Assembly (NCBI GenBank): GCA_902384795.1
Contig: CABMDC010000001.1
Coordinates: 7,375-71,374 of the forward strand
Length of the DNA stretch: 64,000 nt
Reading direction: 5' to 3'
From: Candidatus Gugararchaeum adminiculabundum
GTDB taxonomy: Archaea; Micrarchaeota; Micrarchaeia; Burarchaeales; Gugararchaeaceae
Position numbers and translations under genes: made by a program. Of the stretch, positions 37,525 to 46,832 are shown in pieces; the first letter of the stretch is position 1; each line of letters starts with the position of its first letter. The notes below the pieces were generated by a model. The model made no database searches. It was not told the DNA's origin and was given only the letters and a program-made list of their open reading frames with translations.

Positions 37525-37576
37525 CGCCATTGCCACCAACCATTTAAAAACGAGGAGCGAATAATACTCGAAAGCA

Positions 37577-38143
37577 GTGATTGATTTGATGATCGCAAGC
37601 CCGGTATACCATTCACCAAGATTATACGAGCTGACCATACGCCTAATGCATTCCAAGGACAGGTACGCAAAACTCGCAGGCCTGGCAGGCACCCGCAAAG
37701 TGCTGGAGCTCGGATGCGGAACCGGGCAGATGTCCAAGTACTTCAATGGAAACTATTTGGGAATAGACCTCAACAAGCGCTTTGTGAATTACGGCAGGCG
37801 CAGGGGCAGGAACCTGCAGGTTGCGGACATCCACGATTTCAACAAATTCGACTGCGAGGTCATACTAGTGTGCGACCTTCTCCATCACCTGCCGCACCAC
37901 AAGGAATTCCTCAGGGCGCTGATAACCTCCGGAAAAGAGATAATCGTTTCCGAGCCCTTCAAGCAGTTCCCCAGTATCCTGGACCCGCTATTCGCTGCCC
38001 TGGACGGCGATGGAATAAATGACCTGGGAAAAGTGAAATGGTTCGGCAAGGACATGCTGATGCAGGAATTCAGGGAAAAAAATGCGGACGAAATAATAGA
38101 GATGAAAAACAACATCATCGCTGTGTTTAACAAAAAGAAATAG
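37577..38143 (+). CDS. Class I SAM-dependent methyltransferase
   Basis: VLELGCGTG, YLGIDLN, LLHHL. Confidence 0.88.
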   Translation: MIDLMIASPVYHSPRLYELTIRLMHSKDRYAKLAGLAGTRKVLELGCGTGQMSKYFNGNYLGIDLNKRFVNYGRRRGRNLQVADIHDFNKFDCEVILVCDLLHHLPHHKEFLRALITSGKEIIVSEPFKQFPSILDPLFAALDGDGINDLGKVKWFGKDMLMQEFREKNADEIIEMKNNIIAVFNKKK

Positions 38144-38207
38144 CTTCTTAGCTACATACTTCAACACTATCGCTACCATTTATAAACTTCCAATCCGTAA
38201 TCCCAGC

Positions 38208-39083
38208 ATGCTCGTTCCAATCCCTCCCTTAGAATCGCGCAAATCCCTTTCACCCGGCTTGCGTGTTTCGCTCTTGCGCAATTTTGCGAAGGAAACATGC
38301 GCCCAATGCGGAGGCTTCTGCTGCGGCAGTGCGATGCAGGAAAACAACCGGCGGCAAGTTCTCGGGCTGCTCACAGACAAAGATTTTCGTGCCCGGTTTA
38401 TGGAAGATATAAGCGATGTCGCTAGCAATTCTGGCCGCTTCGAAAAGCCAGACGCAAAGGCCGTGGTCGAGACCCTAATCCAAGCCAAATTGGTAGACGT
38501 GATAAACGTCAATCCTGAAATGGAAGCAAAGGGGATTGCGGAAGAATTCCTTGGACTGCTTAGGGATAAATTCGGCCTCATGCGGCTGTTCAACTGCTTT
38601 TTCCACGCCCAGACCGGCTGCCTGGCACAGGAGTACAGGCCGCCCAGCTGCTATCATCTTCAGTGCTCTGCACAAGGCTTAGAAAATTTCATCCTATCCC
38701 TTACTCCTTTCGAATTCCTCCTGCTGAACCTTATTCCAGCAAGCCCCGAGAAAATTCTCCTCCAGGCAGAATTCATGGGCAGGTTCAAACCGTTCCGCGA
38801 GCAGAGAATATTTCTGTGCGACAAACCCTCCCTGATAGCAGAGGAAGTTCAGCTGCGCGTGTCAGGGAAACCGGGTTTTGCTATTCATGTCGCAGATGCG
38901 CAGGAAGCAGCTAACCCCATCCTCAGGCATAACATGATAATAGATGCCGAACCGCTCTGCATTGTTGCCCCCTGGAGCGAGACTATGGTGCATTTCGCCG
39001 GCCAGTTGGACTCAGATGTTATCGATTCAGGTGCCAAATTCGCCACGAAGCTAGCAAGCGGCCAGGTATTTGTGATAAACTAA
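38208..39083 (+). CDS. Hypothetical protein with a YkgJ-like CxxCxxxCC cluster
   Basis: CAQCGGFCC ... CFFH...GCL...YRPPSC. Confidence 0.55.
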   Translation: MLVPIPPLESRKSLSPGLRVSLLRNFAKETCAQCGGFCCGSAMQENNRRQVLGLLTDKDFRARFMEDISDVASNSGRFEKPDAKAVVETLIQAKLVDVINVNPEMEAKGIAEEFLGLLRDKFGLMRLFNCFFHAQTGCLAQEYRPPSCYHLQCSAQGLENFILSLTPFEFLLLNLIPASPEKILLQAEFMGRFKPFREQRIFLCDKPSLIAEEVQLRVSGKPGFAIHVADAQEAANPILRHNMIIDAEPLCIVAPWSETMVHFAGQLDSDVIDSGAKFATKLASGQVFVIN

Positions 39084-39187
39084 AAACCTCTTTTTCTCCC
39101 TGCAAATTACGATTATTGTTCGGCATTCCCAGAACAAAAACACAAAAGACATAAGCCCGGCATTGCCCATCTATTGCTGGTGATTAT

Positions 39188-40078
39188 ATGAAAAATATTT
39201 TTGCAGTATTTATTTTTGCCTTCGTTCTGCTGGCCGGAATGGTGGCGTCAGTTTCCTGGTCTTCTATGCTAACCGCTAGTTCTACGGTCAATGCCGCAGC
39301 AACAGGGGCAGGCGACCCTCAAATAACCTATTCAGTCGGAGGCTGCCAAAAAGACAAAGCACTTGGAAACTTCGGTGCAGCTCCTGAAATAAGCGTTGAG
39401 CTGGCCTCGATAAAAGTCTTTCACAATCTAGGCTCATCCTGCTGCGCCGACATCCGGCTTGAATGGAACGTGACCATTGAAGAGGGGAAAAAAGTAGTGA
39501 ACATCCATGAAGTGAACACGGGTGATGTCTGCAAGTGCATGTGCAATTACGAGGTGAACAGCTCAGTGGGCCCGTTTTACCCGAGTGACTACCTCGTGAG
39601 AGTGTATGGCGTAAAATACGGGGATTCCGCGCCAGCGCTTCTTGCTGAGAAAGAGGTCAGGCTGGATACATGGATTGACCGGCCGGACTTGCCGAACCAC
39701 AGTGTTTCAATTGATGAAATCAAAATTATAAAAAATGAAACCCAGGGGGAAGCGCCCCAGGTATTTGTTATCGGAGGAAAAAATGAAACCCAAGTCCTCC
39801 ACCTAGGCGACTTCCAAACAATGGTTGAAAACCAGTTTCAATCACTGGCGCTATGGCAAAGTGCTGTGGCATTCACGTTCTTTCCCCTCCCAGCTACTGA
39901 TGACCCGGTGATCTCAGTTCAGGCAAATGGAGCGGCAGACGGCATTTCCGAGGCGGAAGCGGAAGAGGTTCTGCAGCTAGAGAAAATAGGCACTGAAAAC
40001 AGCCCCCTAACATCGCAACCCCTGGTCACATTTACGCCAACAGCGCCAAAAGGCCCGGGTCCAGCACTTCACCACTAA
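39188..40078 (+). CDS. Secreted hypothetical protein
   Basis: Signal peptide, SCC and CKCMC motifs, GGTGA RBS. Confidence 0.65.
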   Translation: MKNIFAVFIFAFVLLAGMVASVSWSSMLTASSTVNAAATGAGDPQITYSVGGCQKDKALGNFGAAPEISVELASIKVFHNLGSSCCADIRLEWNVTIEEGKKVVNIHEVNTGDVCKCMCNYEVNSSVGPFYPSDYLVRVYGVKYGDSAPALLAEKEVRLDTWIDRPDLPNHSVSIDEIKIIKNETQGEAPQVFVIGGKNETQVLHLGDFQTMVENQFQSLALWQSAVAFTFFPLPATDDPVISVQANGAADGISEAEAEEVLQLEKIGTENSPLTSQPLVTFTPTAPKGPGPALHH

Positions 40079-40106
40079 TTAGCATAGATTAGCGGTGGCG
40101 CAGGCC

Positions 40107-40718
40107 TCATCCTTGCCTTTTTGTTTTTTCCAATCTTTTTGCCACTCCGGCCAATTGCAGAATAATGGTGGCAGCGCCAATCGCGAGCGCAAACACCTCC
40201 GCGATATTCACAAAAGTGATTCCGCCAACGGGAACAAACAGCCCCTTTGCCTGAAGCAAATAATGAATCAGCGAGAGGACAAACGCGATGTAAACCAACC
40301 GCTGAATATTTTTCCAATTCTTCCCGCCCAGCATGCGCACCGAGTAATCATTGGAAAAAATCGCAAGCAGGGCAATAATCGCCAGCGCAGGAAGCGCAAT
40401 CAGCAGCGGGGTTTCCGCGAACAGCATGCCCGCCTGCATCCTGTACTGCACCCCAAATGCAACAATGAAATGCATCAGAACGAACACGCATGCGGCAATC
40501 CCTACTGCTCTTCTGGTTTCAATCAACTGGCAGAATTCTTTTGGCCAGAGAATTGCGAGCGGCCCGAGCGCCATGGAAACACAGAGCAAGAAGAAGCCGG
40601 AGAGCGCAAAGAACCTGTCAAACACCACATATGCTGGCAAGGGGAAAAGCGCATGGTAAAGCGCGAGAAGCGCAATCGTAGAAATCAGCAGCAGGAAAAA
40701 TTTGTTAGCCTTGTTCAT
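40107..40718 (-). CDS. Ferric reductase-like / MsrQ (YedZ) heme-b membrane protein
   Basis: RRAVGI...H, SND.SVRMLG..WKNIQRLVY...H; about 6 TM helices. Confidence 0.85.
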   Translation of the reverse strand: MNKANKFFLLLISTIALLALYHALFPLPAYVVFDRFFALSGFFLLCVSMALGPLAILWPKEFCQLIETRRAVGIAACVFVLMHFIVAFGVQYRMQAGMLFAETPLLIALPALAIIALLAIFSNDYSVRMLGGKNWKNIQRLVYIAFVLSLIHYLLQAKGLFVPVGGITFVNIAEVFALAIGAATIILQLAGVAKRLEKTKRQG

Positions 40719-41131
40719 TGCCCCACCCCTATAGTTATCGTCTGGTTCAGCTGCCCGATCGTGTAATAGTCAAGCTGCGAAACAGCATTTCCCGAGTGCT
40801 GGTTTCCCCTGCCTCCCTTGGTGTCAAAAGCAACGGTTGCATCGGTTCCGCAATAGGCGGTATAGCCGCTCCCGCCCGGGTGCGAGGTATACGAGCTGAG
40901 GTCAAGCACCTTGTTGTGAATCACCATCCAGCAGTCGTTGGCAGTGCTGTGCCTTGCCACTTCCTCAAGCGTAAGCGTAATTGTCGAATTTTTGACCGGA
41001 GCATTTCCATTATCCGAGGCAATCACCGGTGCCTGTTGGCCCTGTGTTTTCACCAGCGAATCCTGCGGATTAATCGTGCATCCTAGTAGAAGAATCGGAA
41101 TTGCCAGCAATGCAATTATGCGCCAGTTCAT
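40715..41131 (-). CDS. Cytochrome b5-domain lipoprotein
   Basis: Lipobox LLGC; EVARHS..DCW.VI...V.D....HPGG...CGTDAT..F...HS with both axial His. The ORF-track start at 41362 is over-extended. Confidence 0.88.
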   Translation of the reverse strand: MNWRIIALLAIPILLLGCTINPQDSLVKTQGQQAPVIASDNGNAPVKNSTITLTLEEVARHSTANDCWMVIHNKVLDLSSYTSHPGGSGYTAYCGTDATVAFDTKGGRGNQHSGNAVSQLDYYTIGQLNQTITIGVGQ

Positions 41132-41192
41132 GCACATACTATGCCAAAAACAATTATAAAAGCCAGCAGTGACTAACATCCTAGGTGGTCTT

Positions 41193-41630
41193 ATGATGAA
41201 GGAATTCAAGGAATTCGCCGTGCGCGGCAACATGGTCGATATGGCGGTCGGTATCATTATCGGGGCTGCCTTTGGGAAAATCATAACCTCGCTGGTGAGC
41301 GACATAATAATGCCACCAATCGGAATTCTCCTGGGAAAAATGGATTTCTCCAACATGTTCATTTCGCTTTCCGGAACATCCTACTCCACCCTGGCAGCCG
41401 CCAAGGCGGCGGGCGCAGCAACCCTCAATTACGGAATGTTCATAAACAACATAATTGACTTCGCCATAGTCGCGTTCGCGGTCTTCCTCATGATCAGGCA
41501 AATCAACAAGCTGAAAAGGGAAAAGCCCCCGCAGGCGCCAAACACCAAGGAATGCCCCTACTGCATTTCATCAATCCCGCTAAAGGCGGTGAAATGCCCG
41601 AACTGCACTTCGCAGCTTACAGCAAGGTGA
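41193..41630 (+). CDS. mscL: Large-conductance mechanosensitive channel with C-terminal zinc ribbon
   Basis: [30 protein letters not shown]; C-terminal CPYC...CPNC. Confidence 0.93.
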   Translation: MMKEFKEFAVRGNMVDMAVGIIIGAAFGKIITSLVSDIIMPPIGILLGKMDFSNMFISLSGTSYSTLAAAKAAGAATLNYGMFINNIIDFAIVAFAVFLMIRQINKLKREKPPQAPNTKECPYCISSIPLKAVKCPNCTSQLTAR

Positions 41631-41634
41631 TCCT

Positions 41635-42072
41635 ATGGAAACTATGAAAAATATGGAAAGCCCGCAGAAAGCGAAAAACCTGCAAAAAATAGCATTGGTT
41701 TTCACTTTCGTGCTGGTGCTGCTGTTTTCCTTTGGCTGCGCAGGCGCGAGCAATAGCGGCAATGGCAACACCTCCGCTCAACCCGCGGCCAATTCCTCTG
41801 TGCCAGCAGATTCATCTGCTGCCCTGGAAGTGACCATTGAAATCAAGAATTTCGCCTTCTCGCCTGCGAGCATTGAAGTGAAAGCAGGCACCAAGGTCAC
41901 CTGGATTAATCAGGATTCGGCGGCGCACACCGTGGCCGGGGATTCGGGCGAATTCCAGCTCGGCCCACTGGCTCAAGGTGAAAAGGCCAGCCAGGTTTTC
42001 TCAAAAACCGGCACCTTTGCCTACCACTGCGGAATCCACCCGTCGATGAAGGGAACAATAACCGTAAGTTGA
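41635..42072 (+). CDS. Plastocyanin/amicyanin-like cupredoxin (exported, probable lipoprotein)
   Basis: FSP, W.NQD..AHTV, YHCGIHPSMKG type-1 Cu ligands H/C/H/M. Confidence 0.9.
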   Translation: METMKNMESPQKAKNLQKIALVFTFVLVLLFSFGCAGASNSGNGNTSAQPAANSSVPADSSAALEVTIEIKNFAFSPASIEVKAGTKVTWINQDSAAHTVAGDSGEFQLGPLAQGEKASQVFSKTGTFAYHCGIHPSMKGTITVS

Positions 42073-42102
42073 TTATTAATCGTGAATTGAGAAGTTGATC
42101 CT

Positions 42103-42318
42103 ATGGCAGCGATACCAATAATTCTCGGCTTTCCATTGACCATGTGGCTGGGTGCGCTCACCCTGATTTCGCTCCTCATCACTGCAACTTTAGGCTACGG
42201 ATTCTACAAGCAGAAGATCCACCGCATTCCTTTCACTTACCATATGTACGCCGCAGCCCTCACCCTCCTCCTCGCGCTGATTCACATCGCCAGCGTAATC
42301 TACCTCTATTACCTATGA
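42103..42318 (+). CDS. Small 2-TM protein with paired His in one helix
   Basis: YHMYAAALTLLLALIHI: His residues 14 apart, as in b-type heme membrane proteins. Confidence 0.6.
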   Translation: MAAIPIILGFPLTMWLGALTLISLLITATLGYGFYKQKIHRIPFTYHMYAAALTLLLALIHIASVIYLYYL

Positions 42319-42330
42319 ATCAGTTCTCAA

Positions 42331-42816
42331 CTAAAACGACATCACGTACGCGCCAATGACAAAGGACAGCACATTAGCGCACAGGGAAATAATCATGGCA
42401 TTTTTCAAATCAGTCCTGAAAACTTTCGCCAGCACCGCCCCTTCAATCAGAACCACCGCCATCTCCGCCACAAGCACTGCCAGCAGATAATCCGGATAAG
42501 TTCCCAGCAGGGCAAGCCACAAAATAAAGACTGTCGTTCCATTCAGCAGCCAGCCGGTCAGCAGGATTCTCACAAGCGAAACTTTCCTGCGCATGAAAAG
42601 CCAGTAGACCGGCGTTTCAACCGCCATTGCAATCATCATGGCAACCGGGAGCATCATGCCCCATTTCATCATGTCCCTTGCCTGCTGCTCTTCCCTGGGA
42701 TCCGCCCCTGGGCGCGGGGCCGCGGGATTCGCATAGGTGAAAGAGACGAAAATTGAGAAAACAAGAATTAGCAAAATAGCTGAAAGCAAAATCGGCTTCG
42801 CGCGCGAATCTTTCAT
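42331..42816 (-). CDS. Hypothetical membrane protein
   Basis: Signal/TM segment then ANP, VE..V, E..V..IE, NVLSF motifs. Confidence 0.65.
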   Translation of the reverse strand: MKDSRAKPILLSAILLILVFSIFVSFTYANPAAPRPGADPREEQQARDMMKWGMMLPVAMMIAMAVETPVYWLFMRRKVSLVRILLTGWLLNGTTVFILWLALLGTYPDYLLAVLVAEMAVVLIEGAVLAKVFRTDLKNAMIISLCANVLSFVIGAYVMSF

Positions 42817-42870
42817 GCTCGCGTATTTCCGTTCATTAATAGATAAACATTTCGCCTGCAAATTCTTTCC

Positions 42871-43020
42871 ATGAATCCAAAATCAAAAGCCAAAGGCGAT
42901 GAAGAAGCAAAATATAATTGCCCCCATTGCGGCGAACTAATGGCTCCGCTCAAGCGCGACACCCAGGCAGGCACTCTCCTAATTTGCCCGGAATGCATGA
43001 AACTCGTGGGAAGAGAGTGA
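42871..43020 (+). CDS. Small zinc-ribbon (CxxC...CxxC) protein, 49 aa
   Basis: Below the ORF-track cutoff: MNPKSKAKGDEEAKYNCPHCGELMAPLKRDTQAGTLLICPECMKLVGRE*. Confidence 0.65.
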   Translation: MNPKSKAKGDEEAKYNCPHCGELMAPLKRDTQAGTLLICPECMKLVGRE

Positions 43021-43063
43021 ATATTTAATAATCCAAAATACGACGATTTAGCAGGTGGTTTGA

Positions 43064-43423
43064 ATGGCATACGCAAAACGAATCGCAATCTGCGTCCTGC
43101 TCGGATTCCTGGCAGGCCTTTTCTGCTGGTATGGAGCGGTCTACATAGGGATGAAGGTGACCGCTGAGCAGGCGGTTGGCATAGTCACCAATCGCGTTAC
43201 GCTCGGACTGGTAATCGGCATTTCATCGCTGGAACTGGCTTTCCTGCCCAAGAAAATAGGCTACCTGACGCACGGCCTGCTAATCGCGTTCCTAATCAGC
43301 TGGCCATTTGCGTTATACGGCGGAAACTGGGGCTTCAACGGCTTCCTGTATTTCGGCCTGGCCTATGGGCTAATCATTGAATTCCTGAGCACCAAGGTGC
43401 TTGGCGCGCCCATGAAAAACTAG
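43064..43423 (+). CDS. Small 4-TM membrane protein
   Basis: AGGTGG RBS, hydrophobic profile, NR...G..IG and YG.IIE motifs. Confidence 0.72.
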   Translation: MAYAKRIAICVLLGFLAGLFCWYGAVYIGMKVTAEQAVGIVTNRVTLGLVIGISSLELAFLPKKIGYLTHGLLIAFLISWPFALYGGNWGFNGFLYFGLAYGLIIEFLSTKVLGAPMKN

Positions 43424-43455
43424 CCTCTTTTTCTATTTATTTTTTATTTTCTTTC

Positions 43456-43773
43456 CTATCTCTTTATTTTTACTTCCCAAATATATTTTCCAGCACGCGA
43501 CGGAGTCAATTCAGTAAAAATCAGCACCTTGTTCTCCCTGAAAAAATGGTTCGCCTTTTCCACAGCGCCCTCTTTCGGCTCCTCATTGTTCTGCCACATT
43601 TCGGATTTTATGTTCAGGATGCATTCCGCAATAAGCCCCGCATCCAATCTCGGAATCCCGAATTCCTGGAGCTTCATGTAAATTTCCTCTGGCTTGAACT
43701 GGGAAAGGTTTATGGGCTCCTTCTTGATTACGGGCTTCGGGCTAGCGTACCTTGCCAGGTCGTTTTCATCCAT
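43456..43773 (-). CDS. Hypothetical protein
   Basis: Fills the intergenic space with plausible composition. Confidence 0.55.
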   Translation of the reverse strand: MDENDLARYASPKPVIKKEPINLSQFKPEEIYMKLQEFGIPRLDAGLIAECILNIKSEMWQNNEEPKEGAVEKANHFFRENKVLIFTELTPSRAGKYIWEVKIKR

Positions 43774-43827
43774 AGGCATAAATTGATGCAGAAATAGTTT
43801 ATAAACAATCGGATTATTTCGCAATAA

Positions 43828-44571
43828 TTATCCATATCCTTCAACCTTGATTTTATCCTGCCCCACTCCCAGCACTTTTATCGCATTCGCCATGTCCACT
43901 GCCATCTGCGTCCTTCCGGAAACAAAGTAGCTCCATTCATCCGGCTTCGCAATGTTCTCGCGCAGCATCTGCCCATCCACCCGGCGCGAATAAATTCCCT
44001 TCCAGCCCTTCAATTTCTCCGGGTCCTCGCGCGTCACCGTGTAAATCACCTTGAAATTCCTGTTCTTTTTCGCAATCCCGTCCAGCTCATTTTTCAGCGC
44101 AATCTCGTCCAAAGTTCTAGATGAATAGAATAGAATAATCGGCACATTCAGCTTTCTTCCAATAATATAGCGCACAATGGAAATCATGGTGGCAATGCCC
44201 ACCCCGCCAGCAAACAATACGACTTTCCTGTGGATTCCCTCGTCAAAAGCCAGGTGCCCCATGGGCCCCATCACTTCCACCTTATCTCCCTTTTTCATGG
44301 CATTCATGAAATTGGTAAAGCTCCCTTTCAGCTTGTAAATAAGGGTGAAACCCTTTGCATTATAGGGCGAACTGGCAAGCGAATAGAACCGCACCTCTTT
44401 CGCCCCTCCCTCCAGCGTTCGCGAAAGCTGCGCAAACTGCCCCGGCTTAAACTGGAACATTGGCTTTCCATCCGCCGGCTCAAAATTTATGGAGCGCACA
44501 TCCAAGTTCTCCTGCTTCTGCTCGACCATCTGGAAAACTCTAATTTCTTTCTGTGCTGGTTTCTGTTCCAT
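43828..44571 (-). CDS. FAD/NAD(P)-binding oxidoreductase (ferredoxin-NADP+ reductase family)
   Basis: FKPGQF, RFYSLAS, GSFT, GPMG, AGGVGI, FVSG, terminal EGYG. Confidence 0.9.
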   Translation of the reverse strand: MEQKPAQKEIRVFQMVEQKQENLDVRSINFEPADGKPMFQFKPGQFAQLSRTLEGGAKEVRFYSLASSPYNAKGFTLIYKLKGSFTNFMNAMKKGDKVEVMGPMGHLAFDEGIHRKVVLFAGGVGIATMISIVRYIIGRKLNVPIILFYSSRTLDEIALKNELDGIAKKNRNFKVIYTVTREDPEKLKGWKGIYSRRVDGQMLRENIAKPDEWSYFVSGRTQMAVDMANAIKVLGVGQDKIKVEGYG

Positions 44572-44640
44572 GAATACCACTGTTTGCTCGTTTGTGCCAG
44601 GCAGTTTTCCCCCTCTAAGCTATAAAATACGTTCGCCTGT

Positions 44641-45513
44641 CTAGGCTGCCCTTTCGTCCTGCCAAAGCAGGTCTCCGAATTTCGCCCTAAGCTCCCCGGC
44701 CCTTTGTTTTAGCATGGCCATGCAGGCCGCTCTTTTTCCAGGCGACTCCGAAGCCTCCTCGAGAATGAGCGCCTCTTCCTTTGTTTTTATGATGTCCCCG
44801 GTGTCAAGCCCTCTTAATATGATAAGTGTTTTTCCAGGTTCTTTTCCCCTGTATCCCCCAAGCCTTATGCCCATCTGGAACCTTTCCCATCCCCGCCGCG
44901 GATCAACGTTCCATTCGATGTGGCGCTCACGGATCCTAAGTTCCTCCAAAGGATTCAGGCAGAACTCGGGCTGGACGTGGTAATGGCCCTCCTCGTCAAG
45001 TTCAAACGCTATGTTCGACTGCACTCCCAGTTCAACAAGCCCTGCCCGCGTTATGTTCGCCAGCGGAGCGCAGAACAGCATTTTGAGCTTCTCCCTTTTC
45101 ATGACGAAATCCGCAGGCTCGGGCCCAAAGAATCGCCAGTAGTCGTTCTCATAGGGGTTAGCCGTATCCCTGGGAACATTCGCGAGTATCAGGTGAATAA
45201 TCCTCTTTATGCCGAAATTCGAATGCGCATCCAGTTCAGAATCCGGCAGCCAAATTTTCAGCCCGCCAAAGCTGCTCTTTTCCCCAGGAACAAGGAGAGG
45301 GTCTGGCTCTTCAGAGCAAACCCTGAAGTCCTCTTTCCCGTTTCTCCCCTCCAAGGTGATCACTCTTCCCTGGTGCCTGCAAAAAGTAGCTGTTTTGTGC
45401 ATCTCCCCCTGCCAAACCGGGCATAGGTCAAGCTCGGTAAATTTCCGCCTGAGCGCCCTTCCGCTGCTATGGCATGCTTTGGTGAGCGTTATGGTTTTCA
45501 CTGAAACGGCCAT
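44641..45513 (-). CDS. Hypothetical protein
   Basis: 290-aa ORF with an upstream TTATAA box; no recognised family. Confidence 0.55.
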   Translation of the reverse strand: MAVSVKTITLTKACHSSGRALRRKFTELDLCPVWQGEMHKTATFCRHQGRVITLEGRNGKEDFRVCSEEPDPLLVPGEKSSFGGLKIWLPDSELDAHSNFGIKRIIHLILANVPRDTANPYENDYWRFFGPEPADFVMKREKLKMLFCAPLANITRAGLVELGVQSNIAFELDEEGHYHVQPEFCLNPLEELRIRERHIEWNVDPRRGWERFQMGIRLGGYRGKEPGKTLIILRGLDTGDIIKTKEEALILEEASESPGKRAACMAMLKQRAGELRAKFGDLLWQDERAA

Positions 45514-45606
45514 GGCTAGTTTATGCCAGTAATTGCTTATAAGTGTTAATGTGCGTAAACCGCCCTCCTCTCACTTTCAGCAAGCTTTATATTCTGGAAA
45601 GTTCAT

Positions 45607-45624
45607 AATTAACTATAGTTAATT
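45607..45624. promoter_or_regulatory. Perfect 18-bp palindrome, putative operator of the suf operon
   Basis: AATTAACTATAGTTAATT lies just downstream of TTTATAT (about 45586-45592) and upstream of the HTH gene. Confidence 0.65.
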
Positions 45625-45640
45625 CGAAGTTAATCCAAAG

Positions 45641-46051
45641 GTGTTCCAAACGAAAAACCCCATAGAAATACTCCACTGGTACATTCTGCCCGCAGTCACA
45701 GCAGAGCTTTCAACCGAGCTTGTGGGCAAGGGCATGCGCCAGAATGAAATAGCCAGGCTATTCGGCCTCACCCCGGCGGCAATCACCCAGTACAAGCAAA
45801 AGAAAAGGGGCGCAGGTTTCACCCTAACCGAGCGCGACAAAAAAGCAATCAGTGCACTGGCTTCCAGAATTGTGCGCGAGCATCTGACAGAAGAGCAGGT
45901 GATCAGCGCGCTCAATTCATTGGTCGAGGGAATCCGCTCCAGCGGCGAGATGTGCCACGTCTGCCACGAGTTCGCGCAGGCGCCTGCCAAGTGCAGCATC
46001 TGCGTCACGGTTCCGTGCGCGGTTGGAAAAGTCCGCGGGAAAATTTTATAA
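45641..46051 (+). CDS. COG2522-like HTH transcriptional regulator with a Cys-rich C-terminus
   Basis: P.E...YILP, QNEIARLFGLTPAAITQY...KRG, CHVCH...CSIC....C. Confidence 0.82.
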   Translation: MFQTKNPIEILHWYILPAVTAELSTELVGKGMRQNEIARLFGLTPAAITQYKQKKRGAGFTLTERDKKAISALASRIVREHLTEEQVISALNSLVEGIRSSGEMCHVCHEFAQAPAKCSICVTVPCAVGKVRGKIL

Positions 46052-46066
46052 TCGCGAGGTAATCCT

Positions 46067-46816
46067 ATGGGAAAACTTGAAGTGAAAAATTTGTATGTTT
46101 CCGTCGAAGGAAAGGAAATACTGAAAGGAGTGAACCTTTCGCTCCAGCAGGGCGAAGTGCATGCGCTCATGGGCCCGAACGGCTCTGGCAAAAGCACGCT
46201 TAGCTATGCGCTCATGGGCCATCCAAAATACAAAATCACCCAGGGCGACATTTTGCTGAATGGCGAAAGCATAGCAAAGCTCTCTCCGGAAAAGCGCGCC
46301 CAGAAGGGTTTATTCCTCGCATTCCAATACCCGACCGAAGTTCAGGGAATCAGCCTAAACAGGTTCCTGCTGAATGCGAACAAGTCCCTTGGAAAAATCA
46401 GCGACAGCGAAAAGGGAAATCCGACCATAAAGGAATTTCTTGCAAACACCAAATCCAGCGCCAAGGATCTTTCCATGGACGAATCATTCCTCCAGCGCTA
46501 CCTGAACGTTGGCTTTTCAGGGGGCGAGAAAAAGCTCTCGGAAATCCTGCAGATGTCAGTGCTCAAGCCCAAATTCGCATTGCTTGATGAGATCGATTCA
46601 GGCCTTGATGTGGACTCGCTCAAGCTGGTTGGCGCGGCAATCAACAGGATGCGCGGAAAGGATTTCGGAGCCCTGGTGATAACCCATTACGCGCGCATCC
46701 TCCAGCATGTGAAGCCCGACAAGGTGCACATTTTCATAGATGGAAAAATCGCCCAGTCAGGCGGCCCTGAGCTGGCGCAGAAGATTGAGCAAAAGGGCTA
46801 TGAGTTTGTGAAATGA
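46067..46816 (+). CDS. sufC: Fe-S cluster assembly ATPase SufC
   Basis: MGPNGSGKST, AFQYP, GFSGGEKK, LDEIDSGLD, ITHY. Confidence 0.96.
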   Translation: MGKLEVKNLYVSVEGKEILKGVNLSLQQGEVHALMGPNGSGKSTLSYALMGHPKYKITQGDILLNGESIAKLSPEKRAQKGLFLAFQYPTEVQGISLNRFLLNANKSLGKISDSEKGNPTIKEFLANTKSSAKDLSMDESFLQRYLNVGFSGGEKKLSEILQMSVLKPKFALLDEIDSGLDVDSLKLVGAAINRMRGKDFGALVITHYARILQHVKPDKVHIFIDGKIAQSGGPELAQKIEQKGYEFVK

Positions 46817-46832
46817 GCAGATGTGAAAAGAT

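Noticed and set aside
41132-41362. ORF-track N-terminal extension of the cytochrome b5 gene overlapping mscL
   Set aside because: The signal peptide and lipobox start at 41131; the extension is antisense to mscL.
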